Shown here: piece by piece, positions 50,908 through 64,000 of the stretch
How positions within the stretch are numbered: the stretch's first letter is position 1
Layout of the letters: every line of letters starts with the position of its first letter
Assembly (NCBI GenBank): GCA_038087875.1
Contig: CM075988.1
Coordinates: 11,286,001-11,350,000, forward strand
Direction: 5' to 3'
DNA length: 64,000 nt
Source of the DNA: Malacoraja senta
Taxonomy: Eukaryota
Translations under genes and position numbers: made by a program
Notes under the pieces: generated by a model
Told to the model about the DNA's origin: nothing
The model's input: the letters and a program-made list of their open reading frames with translations, nothing else
Databases searched by the model: none

Positions 50908-51207
50908 TTTACTTTGGACTTTAGAGATACAGTGTGCTGTACAGGCCCTTCGGCCCATCAAATCCGAGCTGACAAGCGATTATCCCATACACTAACACTA
51001 TCCTACACACGAGGGACAATTTACAGAAGCCAGTTAACCTGCAAACAAGTACGTCTTTGGAGTGTGAGAGGAAACTGGCGCACCCGTAGAAAACCCACGT
51101 GGTCACAAGGAGAACGTACAAACTCTGTACAGACAGCATCCACAGTCTAGATTGAACATAGGTCCCTGACGCTCTAAGGCAACAACTCTACCGCTGCGTG
51201 ACTGTGC
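50908..51207 (-). mobile_element. V-SINE
   Basis: Reverse complement of the full SINE. Confidence 0.85.
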
Positions 51208-52699
51208 AGTTTATACCTGTATGCAGGGCGATTATTCGAGAATGGAGTGCTGAAGAGAGAGCAATGAGGACTGATGAAGAGTGTAATGGAAGAGAACAGT
51301 AAGATTGTGAATGAGAATAAGTAAGGTAAAATTGGCCTGAGTACAATAGACAAGTTAATGAAAACAACTCGCCCAAGTTTTATAAATAGAAGATAAATAG
51401 AGTGTGCTGGTATTCAGTATGATTACTAAGGAATGCTGTACAAAACTTTCTTCACTGTTTTTCTGCTTTCAGTAATTCAACTGATTTAACTTCTATATTA
51501 ATACACAGGCTCTCCTCTTTCCTAGTACCTGAAGAAATATTGGTAATATTTTAATTTGAAACACATTTTTAACAAATAAATATCGCAAAATGTCCCAGTT
51601 AAAATGGGTTGAATTTATTTTGGAGTCAAAATATACAAGGGGCATGTTAAATGTCTGAATGGATTTACTGACCTTGAAGCTTGCCTCAGTAGGATTCCAA
51701 TTCTAAGACAGAAAAACTGCTGTTTTTTCAAGTGATGCAGGAAAGTCCATACGACCTGGGAGAGTCAGTAATGAGGCATCACAATCTGAGGTTTTCACAG
51801 CAGAAGTTAATGATGCTGATTCTAACCTTGGATGATTCCAGCAGGAAGGCAGGAGGGATGGAAGATGGGTAGTTAAATCTGCATTGCGCTGTGTTAGTGT
51901 CACCTTGCTTATATTCTGTTAGTCAGTCTCTGCCAAAATCTTTAACTCAGGATGCCTTGAGGGGGAATCTGCACATACGATTCAAGCTACTATAATGTCA
52001 GGAAAACAATTAATTAAAATTATGCTCGTACCATGGCCACAAGGTTCCTCCCTCCACGATCAGAGCCTGACGACTTGTTTCCAATTGTCCCCTCGACTCT
52101 GATCATGATATAGGAAAGATGGATTTCAAGATGATGATAACTACATCGTATGAATTGAAAATCACACTGCAATGCAGACTCAGGCCAGATGACCCACCAA
52201 GTTCATGCTGACCATCTGGAACCCATTTTGTATTGACTGTCTGGTTCAATTGCACCCTTGTTTGAGCAACCCATTCCATCAATAGTTGAGGCACACACAA
52301 ATCCTTAACAAACTTTCTCTTAGCCACTCATTAAAATGTTTTTAAGGTATATTTCAAGATGTTTACATGTAACCAACTGAAATATCCTCACATTGGTTGT
52401 TGCTGCTCATGAGACCTCGAAGATCTCTCCAGCGATAAGGGTGATAATGTTCGAAGTAAATAAATATTTAGTTGAAGCCTCACGGGATTGCATTTCTCTC
52501 TTATTTACACAGCAATTGAGAATGAGGTTTAGATCGCTTACTTGTAGCAGGATAAACTTTGGCCAACCCTTCAATATTGTCAGGACTGTTAAAATTGAGG
52601 CTATGGTTTCTTCAGCCTATTCCACAACTTCCAACTCAACTTTCCAGAACTCAGCTGTCTCAAAAGATGTCAAGTTGAACTCTAGCATCTGCCACCATT

Positions 52700-53040
52700 A
52701 CATAAAGCATAGAAGAGTACAATGCATCAACAGGCCATTCATCCAACAATGTCTGGGCTGGATATGATGCCGAGATAAACCAATCTCCTCTGCCTGCATG
52801 TGATCCATATCCCTCTATTCCCTACACATCCATGTGCCTATCTAAGAGCCGCTTAGATGTCATTATCATTTCTGCCTCCTCCTCCATCCTCGGCAGTGTG
52901 CTCCAGGCATCTACAACCCTCTGAGTAAAAAAATCATGCTTGGCACATCTCCTCACCTTAGCGCTTCGCCCTCTAGTCATTGACATTTTCTTCTTGGAAG
53001 AGAGGTTCTGACAGTGTACCCTGTCTTCACCTTTATCTAT
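52700..53040 (-). mobile_element. Degenerate CR1-like LINE 3' end
   Basis: FFTQRVVDAWSTLP...KRLLDRHM on the minus strand. Confidence 0.75.
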
Positions 53041-54211
53041 GATCGCAGTAAAATTTCCATTTTCCACTGTTCCCAAATTTATCCTTAACTTTTGTGCATC
53101 ACTTGCATTTGTGGGTTGTTTTTTTCCGACGCATTTCTTCTGATGGCTCATATTTCTTTCACTTTCACCTTTCAGAAATGTTATTTTTGTACCGTCATTC
53201 AATTATGTAACAAGGGATTTGAGCATTTTCTGCCTGACTATTTGCATCTCCCACTTCTTCTGTTTGACATCTGTGGGTTATTTTAAAATTTTGTTTCTCT
53301 TGGATAAATTTCACTGAATATTAATGATGTCTACCAGGGCACTGATTTTGTCTAAGTTACTCTCTGAGATAGCGTTGACATAGAACGACTCAATTTGGCC
53401 CATCAAGTCTATGGCAGATTACAAAGTGATCCTGTTCTTGCACTTATGTTCCTGTAATGTATTCTCCCTCCATTCCCTTTGATTTCCCTCTACCACTCCA
53501 GAATTCTGCCATTTAGTGCTATTTGCAGCACTGATTAACCTACCAACCCGCATATCTTCCTGACGTGGGAGGAAACCAAAGCAACTCGGGGGGGGAAAAC
53601 AACGGGGAGGGTGTGCAAGCAGAGTGAATGTGCAAACTCCACATAACACCGGATGTCAGGATTGAACCCATGCCACTGCAGTAGTGAGGCAGCAGCTCAA
53701 TTCAATTACAGAACAAGGCTGAGTTAAAACTGGTAGAGGTATAGTTATTTGTCAACCATTTCATTCACAGTGGCGTTGCACTGGCAATTCCATTTCCCCC
53801 ATAATTTGTAGTTCAAGACTATTTGATAATATCTTTGGAAGATGCTAATGCTGCTTTGAAATGTCTGAAATGGCAATTGGATCACATCTCTGAAGTACAC
53901 CTCAGCTATATAAGCAGGCAAAGGCAGTTCAACCCCTCATACTAGCATCGCAGAAGATATTTTACCTCGGCAGCACATTCTTAGGGTCATCCTGTATCCC
54001 TTGCTTTTCTTAATATATTACAAATGTATTATATTTATCTTGAATATACTCAGCAACAGCCTAAATGGCTCTCTGGGGGCAGTGGAATACAAGGGAACAT
54101 AGTGGCACAGCTGGTAGAGGCTCTGTCTTACATCAGGAGAGATCTGCGTTCAGTCCTAACCTTCAATGCTGTTTGGAGCTTGCACGTTCTCTCTGTTAAA
54201 AAAAAGACACG

Positions 54212-55866
54212 TGATTGACTTCCGCTTTCTGAACCCCCACTCCCTCATCTTTACTAAGGACGTTCAATCACTCTATACCTCCATCCCCCACCAGGAAGGC
54301 CTTATAGCCCTCCGTTTCATCCTCGACCGCAGAACCATCCAATTTCCCTCTACCAACACTCAACACTAGTCCTCACACTCAACAACTTCTCCATTGACTC
54401 CGCCCACTTCCTCCAAGTCCAAAGCATATGCCATGGGCACCCGTACGGGCCCCAGCTATGCCTGCCTCTTTGTAGGGTACGTTGAACAATCCATGTTCCA
54501 GGCTAACACTGGCCATATCCCCGAACTCTATCTCTGTTACTTTGATGACTACATCGGTGCTACGTCCTGCACCCTTGCAGAACTCATGGACTTCATCAAC
54601 TTCACCACCAACTTTCATCCTGCGCTCTAGTTTACTTGGACCATCCCCGACTCCTCCCTCCCCTTTCTTGATCTCACAGTCTCCATCAGAAGAAATAGAC
54701 TATTGACTGATGTCTATTACGTACCCACTAACTCCCACAACTATCTCGACTACACTTCTTCCCACCCTGCTTCCTGCAAAGACTCTATCCCCTACTCCCA
54801 ATTCCTCCGTCTACGCCGCATCTGCGCCCAAGATGAGGTGTTCCATACAAGAACATCCGAGATGTCCTAATTCTTTAGGGAATGGGGGTTCCCCTCGCCC
54901 ATCATAGATGAGGCCCTCACTCGTGTATTCTTGGTACCGCACAGCTCTGCCCTTGCTCCCCCTCCCCCTAGTCGCAACAGAGTCCTTACCTTCCACCCCA
55001 TCAGCCATCGCATACAACACATAATCCTCCAAAATTTCCGCCACCTCCAACGGGATCCCACCACTAGCCACATTTTCCCATCTCCACCCCTTTCCACCTT
55101 CCGCAGAGACTGTTCCATCCGCAACTCCCTGGTTAACTCATCACTTCCCACCAAAACCACCTCCTCCCCAGGTACCTTCCTAAGCAACTGCAGAAGATGC
55201 AACACCTGTCGCTATACCTCCTCCCTCGATTCTGTCTAGGGACCCCGACGGTTCTTTCAGGTTAGGGAGAGGTTCACTTACACTTCCTCCAACCTCATCT
55301 ACTGTATCCATTGTTCAGGATGTGGACTCTTATAAATCGCCGAGACCAAACGCAGACAAGTGATTGTTTCGCGGAACACCTTCGCTCAGCCTGCGTGAAC
55401 CAACCTGATCTCCCGGTTGATGGACACTTAAATTCTCCTTCCCATTCTTACACAGACCTTTCTGTCCTCGGTCTCCTCCATTGTCAGAGTGAGGCTAAAC
55501 ACAAATTGGAGGAACAGCATCTCATATTTTGCTTGGGCAGCTTACAGCCCAGTGGTATGAATATTGATTTCTCTCACTTCACGTAGTCCTGGTATTCCCT
55601 CTCTCTCTACCCCTACCCCATCCAAGTTGCAATAGCTTCTCATTTTCACCCTACAATCAGCTGACAATGGGCTTTTTCCTTTATCATCGTTACTTTTTTG
55701 CATATCTTTCATTCATTATTCTTTATCTCTCCACATCACTGTCTATATCTCCCATTTCCCTTGTCCCCAACCAGTCTGAAGAAGGGTCTCGACCTGAAAT
55801 GTCACCCATTCCTTCTCTCCAGAGATGCTGCCTGTCCCGCTGAGTTACTCCAGCTTTTTGTGTCTA
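54212..55866 (+). mobile_element. Penelope-like element, RT and GIY-YIG pseudogene plus terminal repeat
   Basis: KDVQSLYTSIPHQEG, AMGTRTGPSYACLFVGYVE, YFDDYIG, FLDL, CRRCNTC, NLIYCIHC; stops and frameshifts; ends in ctgaagaagggtctcgacctgaaatgtcacc arm. Confidence 0.93.
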
Positions 55867-56590
55867 AGCAAGTGATACGTGGATGCAGGTGAAGGGAAGA
55901 GGGGTTGATTGGCAGATGGGTGGACAAAGGTCAGAGATGAAAAGAAGACAAATGGGTTTGAGAGTAGGAGAGAAGACGAATGAAATGTGAAGCCAGAGGA
56001 AGGAAAAGAGGTGGAAGTGCAAAAGGGAGGTGGAATACTGATGGGAAATTGGTGCACATCCAGGTGGGTCACAGGGAAGAGAGAGGGGGAAAGAAGAGGT
56101 GTTGTGGTATAATAAATAACCAACAACACCCCTGCCTTTGCTCCCCCCTCTCTTTCCCATGCCCTACCCGAATGCGCACCCATTTCTCCCTCCATCCTGC
56201 CTCACTTTCCCCTTACTCCCCTTCCCCTTCCACCTGTGTCCCTTCCTCTGGCTTCACATTTTGTGCCTCTTCTCTCCTTATCTCACAGCCTTTTTATCTC
56301 GTTTTCTGCTCTGGTCTTTGTCCATCACACCTGCCAGCAAATCCATCACACCTGCATCTACTTATCACTTGCTTGACTTTGTCCTACCTTCACCTCTCTT
56401 CCAGCTTTTTCCTCTGCCCTGCTACAGTCAGTCTGAAGAATGGTCAGTGTGAACTCGTTGGGCTGAGGGGCCTGTTTTCGTGCTGTATCTCTAAGCTAAG
56501 CTAAGGGTCCCGACCCGAAACATCACCTATCAACGTCCTCCAGTGATGCTGCCTGACCCGAAGTTGTTCCTCCAACATCTGCAGTTCCTC
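55867..56590. mobile_element. Inverted pair of pyrimidine-rich Penelope-type 3' regions
   Basis: 55867-56090 is an imperfect reverse complement of about 56140-56375; the plus copy continues into the terminal arm. Confidence 0.65.
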
Positions 56591-57513
56591 CTGTCTATAT
56601 GTTTTCCCTGTAACTGCATGGGTTTATTCCAAAAGCTGTGGCTTCCTCCCACATAGGTTAATTGGTGACAGTAAGTTGTCCCTTGTCAATGTGCATGAGT
56701 GATAAAATGTGGTGGAGGAGAGCTGATGGAAATGGAGTTACTTAGCATTGGTGTGAATGGATGATTGATGGTCAGTGCAGATTCAATGGGCCAAATGGCT
56801 TAGTTCCATATTGTATCTTCCTATGTCTCTAAGGCTCAAAGATTTACCCACCTTATGACATTACTTAACAATCAGTCTTTAAATTATGAGTTCTAACTTT
56901 GTGTCATGACCCCTGGTTCTAGATGCTACAGGGGGAAAAAAAACCCTGCTTTTATCCAGTTATAACACGTTTCAGTGAGAGCACCCCTCATTCCACTCGA
57001 CCTTTGTAGAGATTATAGACCCCGGATGTTTAATCTCTCCTGCCTGTCTGTTTTTTAAGTAGAATTCCCACTCACTAATGTGTCTCAACCTGTGGAGGGA
57101 TTACTTCTGAAGACTATTAAAGCCTGAGATGAGGCTTGATCAGGGCAACAGTGATTTTGAAGGCTAAGCCATGAATCACTATCTGCACAGTTTGAATTCT
57201 GTTCTGGAGTCGAAAAAGGAAATAGCAACAACTCGGTCAAATAAATTGAAACAGGCAAAAGATTAAACCGTCGCAGTCACAGAAATCATATTTGCGAGCT
57301 TTTGCACCAAAGTCTGAATTTAAGCAGGATGGGAACAAAGGGATGGGGTTTAGAGAAGCAAGCAGTCAGTTTCACATGGGGGTGAAACATTATTAGCACA
57401 TAAAATGCAAAGCATTTGGCGGATTGTCTTGAAAATCATGGTCTCTCCGACATTTGGAGATTTACATTGTGTTGATTCTGGCTCCATTGCAGTGTCCTCA
57501 ATGCTTCCAGTGT

Positions 57514-57824
57514 TTTAGTTTAGTTGAGTTCAGATACAACCGGGACACAGGCCATTCGGCCCACCGACTCCATGCTGACTAGCGATCCCGGCACACTTAC
57601 ACTGTCCTACACACACAAGGGACAATTTACAATTTTACCAAGCCAAATAACCTATAAACCTGTATGTCTTTGGAGTGAGGGAGGAAACCGGAGCACCCGG
57701 AGAAAACCCACGCAGGTCACGGGGAGATCGTACAGAGTCCGTATATGCAAACACCCATAGTCAGGATCAAACCCGGGTCTCTGGCGCTCTAAGGCAGCAA
57801 TTCTACCGCTGCACCACTGTGTCG
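57514..57824 (-). mobile_element. V-SINE
   Basis: Reverse complement of the full SINE. Confidence 0.88.
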
Positions 57825-58232
57825 TTTTCAGGTATCTAAGGGAGATAATAGGCCCTTGCCTTTAACAGCCTTACCTTTATGGACTCTCTTCAAGGGAGTA
57901 AGAAACTGTTAACAAATCCATAGAATATGAGGGTGCCAGTCCCAAGCATTGATATCATATTTACATTCCATCTGACACGTTGGCATTTCTGTGGACTGAG
58001 TTGTGAAACTGTAATTACTGCTCTACTGCTGCAAATGAAGGGAATGACTACAGCTGCACATTTGGTCTGTCAGGATTTTCCCAAAAGGTAACATTTTCTG
58101 TTCCGCAATCTCATCTTCTCTTTTTGTCTAACCACTTGATCAAGGAATACCTCATTTGTCTCCAAAGCTCCCATCTACCAACTGATTTTGAATTTTTCCA
58201 TGGTTTTTGTTTTCCAACCTAGGATATTTGAG

Positions 58233-58845
58233 TTGAATGAATGAATGAGTGAATGAGTGAATGAATGAATGAATGAATGAATGAAATGAGTGAATGAATA
58301 CGTTAATTTACCAAGTATGTACACATACAAGGAATTTGCCTTGGTGCTCTGCTCGCAAGTAACAATACAACATATAGTACAATTAAGAATAAAACATTAA
58401 AATATTAAAATATTAAGAATAAAACATTATGGCTTAAACATGTGAATGAAATAAAATACCAGAGCAAAAAGAGGCTGCAGACTTTTGGTTATTGAGTAGA
58501 GGTTTATTCTACTGTTCGTGGAAAAAAAGCTGTTTTTATGTCTGGCTGTGGCCGCTTTTGACACTCCGGAGTTGCCTTCCAGAGGGAAGTGCTTCAAAGA
58601 GTTTGTGGCCAGGGTGAGAGGGGTCAGAGATGATCTTACCCGCTCGCTTCCTGGCCCTGGCAGTGTACAGTTTGTCAATGGGGGGAAGGTTGCAGCCAGC
58701 AACCTTCTCCGCTGATCGAACGATTCTCTGCAGCCTCCGTATGTCGTGCTTGGTGGCTGAGCCAAACCAGACCATGATGGAGAAGGTGAGGACAGACTCT
58801 ACTGCGATGACAGTGTAGAATTGGGCCATCATTGCCCATGGCAAT
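58233..58845 (-). mobile_element. Rex1/Babar-like LINE 3' fragment with (ATTC)n tail
   Basis: ORF FYT...ESVLTFSIMVWFG...LQRIVRSAEK..GC.LP...DPSHPGHKLFEALPSGR; (gaat)n at 58235-58298. Confidence 0.9.
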
Positions 58846-59209
58846 AATATCACGTGTATTTTCAGCCTTTCAAGTAACTATTCACTGGATGAAAAATGAA
58901 AGAAAGACTTGCTTTTACATGGGGACAGCACACATTTTTTTCCACAGCCCAGGTTGTTTAGTGAAATGGCCATTCTGTCCCATGAATATACGTGTATGGT
59001 AGAATCTGGGGAAAGCTGATAGGAATGGGAGTAGAATAAAATAAGATTAGAGTAAATGGGTTATGATGGTTAGCAAAGACTGAGTGAGACAAAGGGGGTG
59101 TTTCTATGCAGTCTCTACGACTCTGACTTCATGACTAAGAACAGCCCAAAGTGCTTATGCCAATGAAGGTGTCCTGTTGGAAGGAGATTTCAAAGTTTGA
59201 TAAAGTTGA

Positions 59210-59490
59210 TACATAGAAACATAGAAACATAGAAAATAGGTGCAGGAGTAGGCCATTCAGCCCTTCGAGCCTGCACCGCCATTCAATATGATCATGGCTG
59301 ATCATCCAACTCAGTATTCCGTACCTGCCTTCTCTCCATACCCCCTGATCCCCTTAGCCACAAGGGCCACATCTAACTCCCTCTTAAATATAGCCAATGA
59401 ACTGGCCTCAACTACCTTCTGTGGCAGAGAATTCCAGAGATTCACCACTTTCTGTGTGAAAAATGTTTTTGTCATCTCGGTCCTAAAAGT
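59210..59490 (-). mobile_element. CR1/HER1-like LINE 3' end
   Basis: Near-identical to 11084-11350 and 13132-13410. Confidence 0.92.
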
Positions 59491-60084
59491 CTTGATACAA
59501 TGAAGTTGTTTTCTGTGATAGATACTTGCGATATGGTAGTGAAACAAGCTGATGACTGGAACTTTGTTAAATAAATATATGACATTAGGCTGTTGTTACT
59601 CAGGGATAAGTTGGCTTAATGGTCAGGTTAAAGAACTAGCTGCCAAAGTACTGAACCATTCATTTAGAGTGAATCCCATCTGGACAGATGGGGAATATAA
59701 ATGCAAATACTTGAATAAAACAGTAATTATTTTCTTTTCCTTTTTAAAAAGCAGTCTCATGCAACACAATATCATGAAAAATCAGCTGGTTCACCAATGT
59801 TCTTGAGGGTAGGAAATCTTTCATCCTTATCCAGTCTGACATGGGCAATGTCTCTTAACTACCACCTCGCTTTGGGGCTGTTAGAGCTGGACAATAAATA
59901 CAATTATTAGCAACATTTCCATACCCTAAATAAATGCAGTGTTAAGGGGCAGGTACAGGTGACTTGCACAAAGCTTGCATTTCTTTGAGTATGGAAGAAA
60001 ATGGGATAATGTAGGCAAAGTGCTCGATCTAATTAGAATTTATTAAGATTACAGGAACAATTTACACCAAGTGACCGTAAATGT

Positions 60085-60200
60085 CAAAGATAGACACAAA
60101 AAGCTGGGGTAACTCAGCGGGACGCGCAGCATCTCTGGAGAGAAGGAATGGGTGATGTTTCGGGTCGAGACCCTTCTTCAGACCCAAGTCTGAAGAAGGA
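60085..60200. mobile_element. Penelope-derived short element
   Basis: gggtgatgtttcgggtcgagacccttcttcagac...gtctgaagaagg. Confidence 0.75.
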
Positions 60201-60293
60201 CCCATGTCTAAAGAAGTGTCTTCATCAGATAAGGTATGAATAGTTACATAGTAAAGAACAACCATGATAGAATTGAATGATAGAACAAAAGTA

Positions 60294-61307
60294 GGGGTGG
60301 CACTGTGGAGCAGCTGGTAGAGATGCTGCCTCACAGCACCAGAGACATAGAAACATAGAAACATAGAAAGTAGGTGCGAGAGTAGACCACCAGGCCCATC
60401 GAGCCCGCACCGCCATTCGCTCATGGCTGAACACTAAACAGACACCCTTACCCACAAACAGTAGACACAAGACACAGAACACAAGACACTACCCTCCCCT
60501 TTATATCGCTATCACCCCTCTCCACCCCAAGAACCGCGTGATCTCCTGGGGGAGGCAAAAAAACGGATAAAAACCCAGGTCCAATTCGGGAAAAAAATCC
60601 GGGAAATTCCTCTCCGACCCCAATCCAGGCGATCGACACTTGTCCAGGAGATCACTCAGGTCTTACTATACTAACCATACCTAGGTCCATATCCCTGCCC
60701 TCTCCCCGTAGCCCCTTATCCCCTTGGCAGCTAAAAAACCATCTATTTTAGACTTAAATATATTTAATGTTTCTGCTTCCACTGCTCCCTGGGGCAGTGA
60801 ATTCCATAAATTAACCACCCTCTGGGTGAAGAAGTTCTTCCTCATCTCAGTTTTAAAAGAGCCCCCTCTTATTCTACAACTATGTCCCCTAGTTCTAGTT
60901 TCCCCGATCATTGGGAACATCCTCGGTGCATCCACCCGATCAAGGCCCCTCACGATCTTATATGTTTCAATGAGATCGCCTCTCATTCTTCTAAACTCCA
61001 AAGAGTAGAGTTCCAGCCTACTTAACCTTTCCTCATATGTCAATCCCCTCATTGCAGGAATTAATCTTGTAAACCTAGGTTCGATCCTGAACTTGGCTGC
61101 TGCCTGTGTGGAATTTGCACGTTCTCCCTGTGACAATGTGGGTTTCCTATGGTTGTTCCGGTTTCCTCCCACATCCCAAAGACATGGAGTGTGGTAGGTT
61201 AATTATTCTCCATAAATTGCCTCTCATGTGTAGGGAGTGGATGAGATAATGATCAATGGTTGCCATGGGTTGAAGGTCCTGTTTCCCTGTTGTATCTCAA
61301 AACTAAG
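60294..61307 (+). mobile_element. V-SINE split by a CR1 insertion
   Basis: Head 60294-60346 (...cagcaccagagac) resumes at about 61074 (cctaggttcgatcc). Confidence 0.85.
60346..61073 (-). mobile_element. CR1 subfamily with long 3' UTR
   Basis: RFTRLIP...RRMRGDLIETYKI...FFTQRVVNLWNSLP...GIWT, then about 330 bp of UTR and (ctatgttt)n. Confidence 0.93.
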
Positions 61308-62129
61308 CAAGTTGTTGGGGCAGAATGGCCCATACCCATCCTTGTGTTCCAGATGTATCAACAGCGTCTACAGCTTAGATTTAACGTAGTCAGTGGAAAC
61401 ACTCGTCTTAACCACTTGGATTCACAAAAGTCAGTTGAGCAAAGGCATTTTGTTTGATATTTTGGTTTTGTCACCATCTGTTCAAAACCTGCCTGCCAGG
61501 AGTTAACAGCATGAACATCAAAGCCGATTTTAATGTTTTCAATTACTCATTTTTAGAGAAGGGACTGATTAAAGGTCAATGTAACATGAATGTGTGGTAC
61601 TATACAAATATTATATATTAATTGGCTTTTTTCATGTTTTCTGGATTCATATTTTGGAACAAGTGGGTGCATTAAACAACATGGAGAAAGCTTCAAAACT
61701 TCCACCCATGTTCGTGACTCAACCAAATCAAAACTTGAAGTAAATACATTTAGATTAATTCGATTTATATCTCAACATTTTGGTCATGTTGGATAGTTAT
61801 CAAAACGATTCCATGCATATTTTTTTTCTGTTCTGAAATATTAATATACTCCATTACAATACTGGCTGATGGGGTTTTCAAAGATTATGGCTGTAATTAC
61901 TTTTCATAAACATTGTGGCATGACTCCTATGAGGAAGACCACAATTCGTTAACGTCAATAGAGTATTATTAACAAATGTAATTTTCTGTGTAATTAAAAG
62001 TTCCAGGATGAGAGTCTAAAAATAATGTTAATTCCTGGGGTCCAATTTCTCCAGAAAACAAAGTTGTTATAAATTGCTGGATTTTCTAAAACACCCTGGT
62101 TGCATCCTTGGCATCTGGAGATCAAGAGG

Positions 62130-62305
62130 GAGTATTCAAGAGAGAGTTAGATATAGCTCTTAGGGCAAACGGAATCAAGGGATATGGGGAGAAAGCAGGA
62201 ACGGGGTACTGATTTTGGATAATCAGCCATGATCATTAAATGACAGCGCTGACTCGAAGTACCGAATGGCCTGCTCCTGCACCTCTTTTCTATGTTCTAT
62301 ATTCT
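62130..62305 (+). mobile_element. CR1-like LINE 3' end
   Basis: ttcaagagagagttagatatagctc...gaatggcctgctcctgcacc...ttctatg. Confidence 0.82.
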
Positions 62306-62339
62306 ATCATGTTGGTCCAGACAGTTATTTTAATAAGAC

Positions 62340-62992
62340 GTTCAAGAAGGAACTGCAGATGCTGGAAAATCGAAGGTAGACAAAAATGCTGGAGAAACTC
62401 AGCGGGTGCGGCAGCATCTATGGAGCGAAGGAAATAGGCAACGTTTCGGGCCAAAACCTTTCTTCAGACTGATGCAGGGTGGGGGGGGGGGGGCGGGAAG
62501 AAGAAAGGAAGAGGAGGAGCCAGAGGGCTGAGGGAGAGCTGAGAAAGGGAGGAGACAGCAAGGGCTACCGGAAATTGGAGAAGTCAATGTTCAGGCCACT
62601 GGGGTGCAGACTGCCCAAGCGGAATAGGAGGTGCTGCTCCTCCAATTTCCAGTGGTGCTCACTCTGGCCATGGAGGAGGCCCAGGACAGAAAGGTCTGAT
62701 TCGGAATGGGAGGGGGAGTTGAAGTGCTGAGCCACAGGGAGATCAGGTTGGTGTTCGGCGAAACGATCGGCAAGCCTACGCTTGGTCTCACCGATGGAGA
62801 TCAGCTGACATTTAGAGCAGTGGATGCAATAGATGAGGTTGGAGGAGGTGCAGGTGAACCTCTGTCGCACCTGGAACGACTGCTTGGGTCCTTGAATGGA
62901 GTCGAGGGGGGAGGTAAAGCGACACGTGTAGCATCTCTTGCGGTTGCAAATGAAAGTACCCGGGGAGGGGGTGGTGCGGGTGGGAAGGGAAG
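62340..62992 (-). mobile_element. Penelope-like element 3' fragment (GIY-YIG)
   Basis: NLIYCIHCSKCQLISIGETKRRLADRFAEH...GLNIDF; terminal arm with ctgaaga...cccgaaacgttgcc. Confidence 0.9.
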
Positions 62993-63005
62993 CGATGCAA
63001 TGGTA

Positions 63006-63560
63006 CTTTAATATTATGTGTACCTTAATACAGTGAAACTTTGTTTTACATACAATTCAGTAAAATATGCACAATGATCAATAAATATAAAAGTGCAATG
63101 ATTATAGTGCAGGAAAAGTATACTTGAGTGAGGCAACACACAAAGACTTGCCACGTTTCTAGTGCCATCTTGTACCTTTCAAGTTCTGAAAATAGTGTCT
63201 TATCTTGGCCTTAAAGGCCTGTTGTCCGGGCAGCGGCATTGGGTCAGCCCAATATGGCATGGTGTCGATTTCCTCCAGTGCTGCTCCACCGCTCTGTGCT
63301 GCTGCAGGCCGTGTCCGATCCATGTGGCCTCAAGCAGTGACTGATCTCTGCAATCTCCCAGCTGTTGCAGGGCTTCCAGCTGCCCACTCTGCCCACACTT
63401 TGACCCGCCAATGTGCCAAATCCGAAGCCTCCGGCAAACGGCGCATCCTTGGGTCGATCCCAGAATTCCCAGAGCGCCTCCCATTGCACGGTAAACAATC
63501 CCCCATCCCGCTCACTAGCTCCGATCCTCTGCTCCATCTGCTGCTGCTGCCGATTTGGTT
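63006..63560 (-). mobile_element. Possible non-autonomous retroelement with Rex-type tail
   Basis: GC-rich 63200-63560; tail-like tgtgtaccttaatacagtgaaac near 63010. Confidence 0.4.
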
Positions 63561-63699
63561 GATGGCCATAAATATCAGGATATCCAACAGAAAGCTTGGA
63601 TAATTAAATCTCCACAGGATGATGAAAATTAAAGATAGAAATATTTTTGCTTTTCAATAGCCTATTTCCATCTGCAAAATGATATTGGATAAGCTGGTC

Positions 63700-63862
63700 T
63701 TTCTGCTTCATGTTGTAGGCCCCTATCTCCACCGCTCTATCTATTATACTTGAGTTCGAACTGATTGTATCTATGTAAGGTGTATCAAATCTGTTTGGAT
63801 AGCATGTAAAACAAAGCTTTTCACCAAACCTTGGTACATGTGGCAATGCTAAACCTAAACCT
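63700..63862 (+). mobile_element. Rex1/Babar-type 3' UTR remnant
   Basis: ggatagcatgtaaaacaaagcttttcacc...ggtacatgtggcaat...aaacctaaacc. Confidence 0.6.
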
Positions 63863-64000
63863 CGGTGGAATGCTAAGGGACCACTTTAACCAATCCACCC
63901 ATCTAGCTCTGCTACCCTCCTCCACCCCCTGTTCTACACCTCGGATTAATTTATGCTCAATCCAGGCAAATACTGTAGAATGGGTGGGATTGCAGGCAAT

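Noticed and set aside
54212..55586. Intact Penelope ORF
   Set aside because: Multiple stops and frameshifts, and 5' truncation
58235..58298. Independent (GAAT)n microsatellite
   Set aside because: It is the 3' tail of the adjacent minus-strand Rex1-like LINE
1..64000. Host protein-coding gene or prokaryotic/viral system
   Set aside because: All recognisable ORFs are LINE or Penelope fragments; the rest are short, lack domain-like motifs or are translations of SINEs

Overview
Eukaryotic, AT-rich, repeat-dense non-coding DNA. The repeats (HE1/V-SINE-like tRNA-derived SINEs, HER1/CR1-like LINEs, Rex1/Babar LINEs, Penelope-like elements) point to a cartilaginous fish; this is inferred from repeat content only. 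I found no host protein-coding gene, rRNA, true tRNA, CRISPR array or prokaryotic system, and every ORF I could recognise is a retrotransposon fragment. Several repeat-free blocks rich in homeobox, Pbx-Meis and Fox motifs look like conserved non-coding elements, suggesting a gene desert or very large intron. The most interesting signals are: (1) a dispersed family of short, often palindromic Penelope-derived elements carrying a minimal hammerhead-ribozyme-like core, several with 10-14 bp TSDs; (2) a Vingi/Ingi-like LINE 3' end with an open 225-aa ORF; (3) an L1 with a twin-priming-type 5' inversion and 11-bp TSD; (4) Harbinger-like MITEs sharing TIRs and TTA TSDs but with unrelated interiors; (5) a 16/32/64-bp hierarchical periodic array. 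Boundaries were read by eye and are approximate unless a TSD or TIR is quoted.
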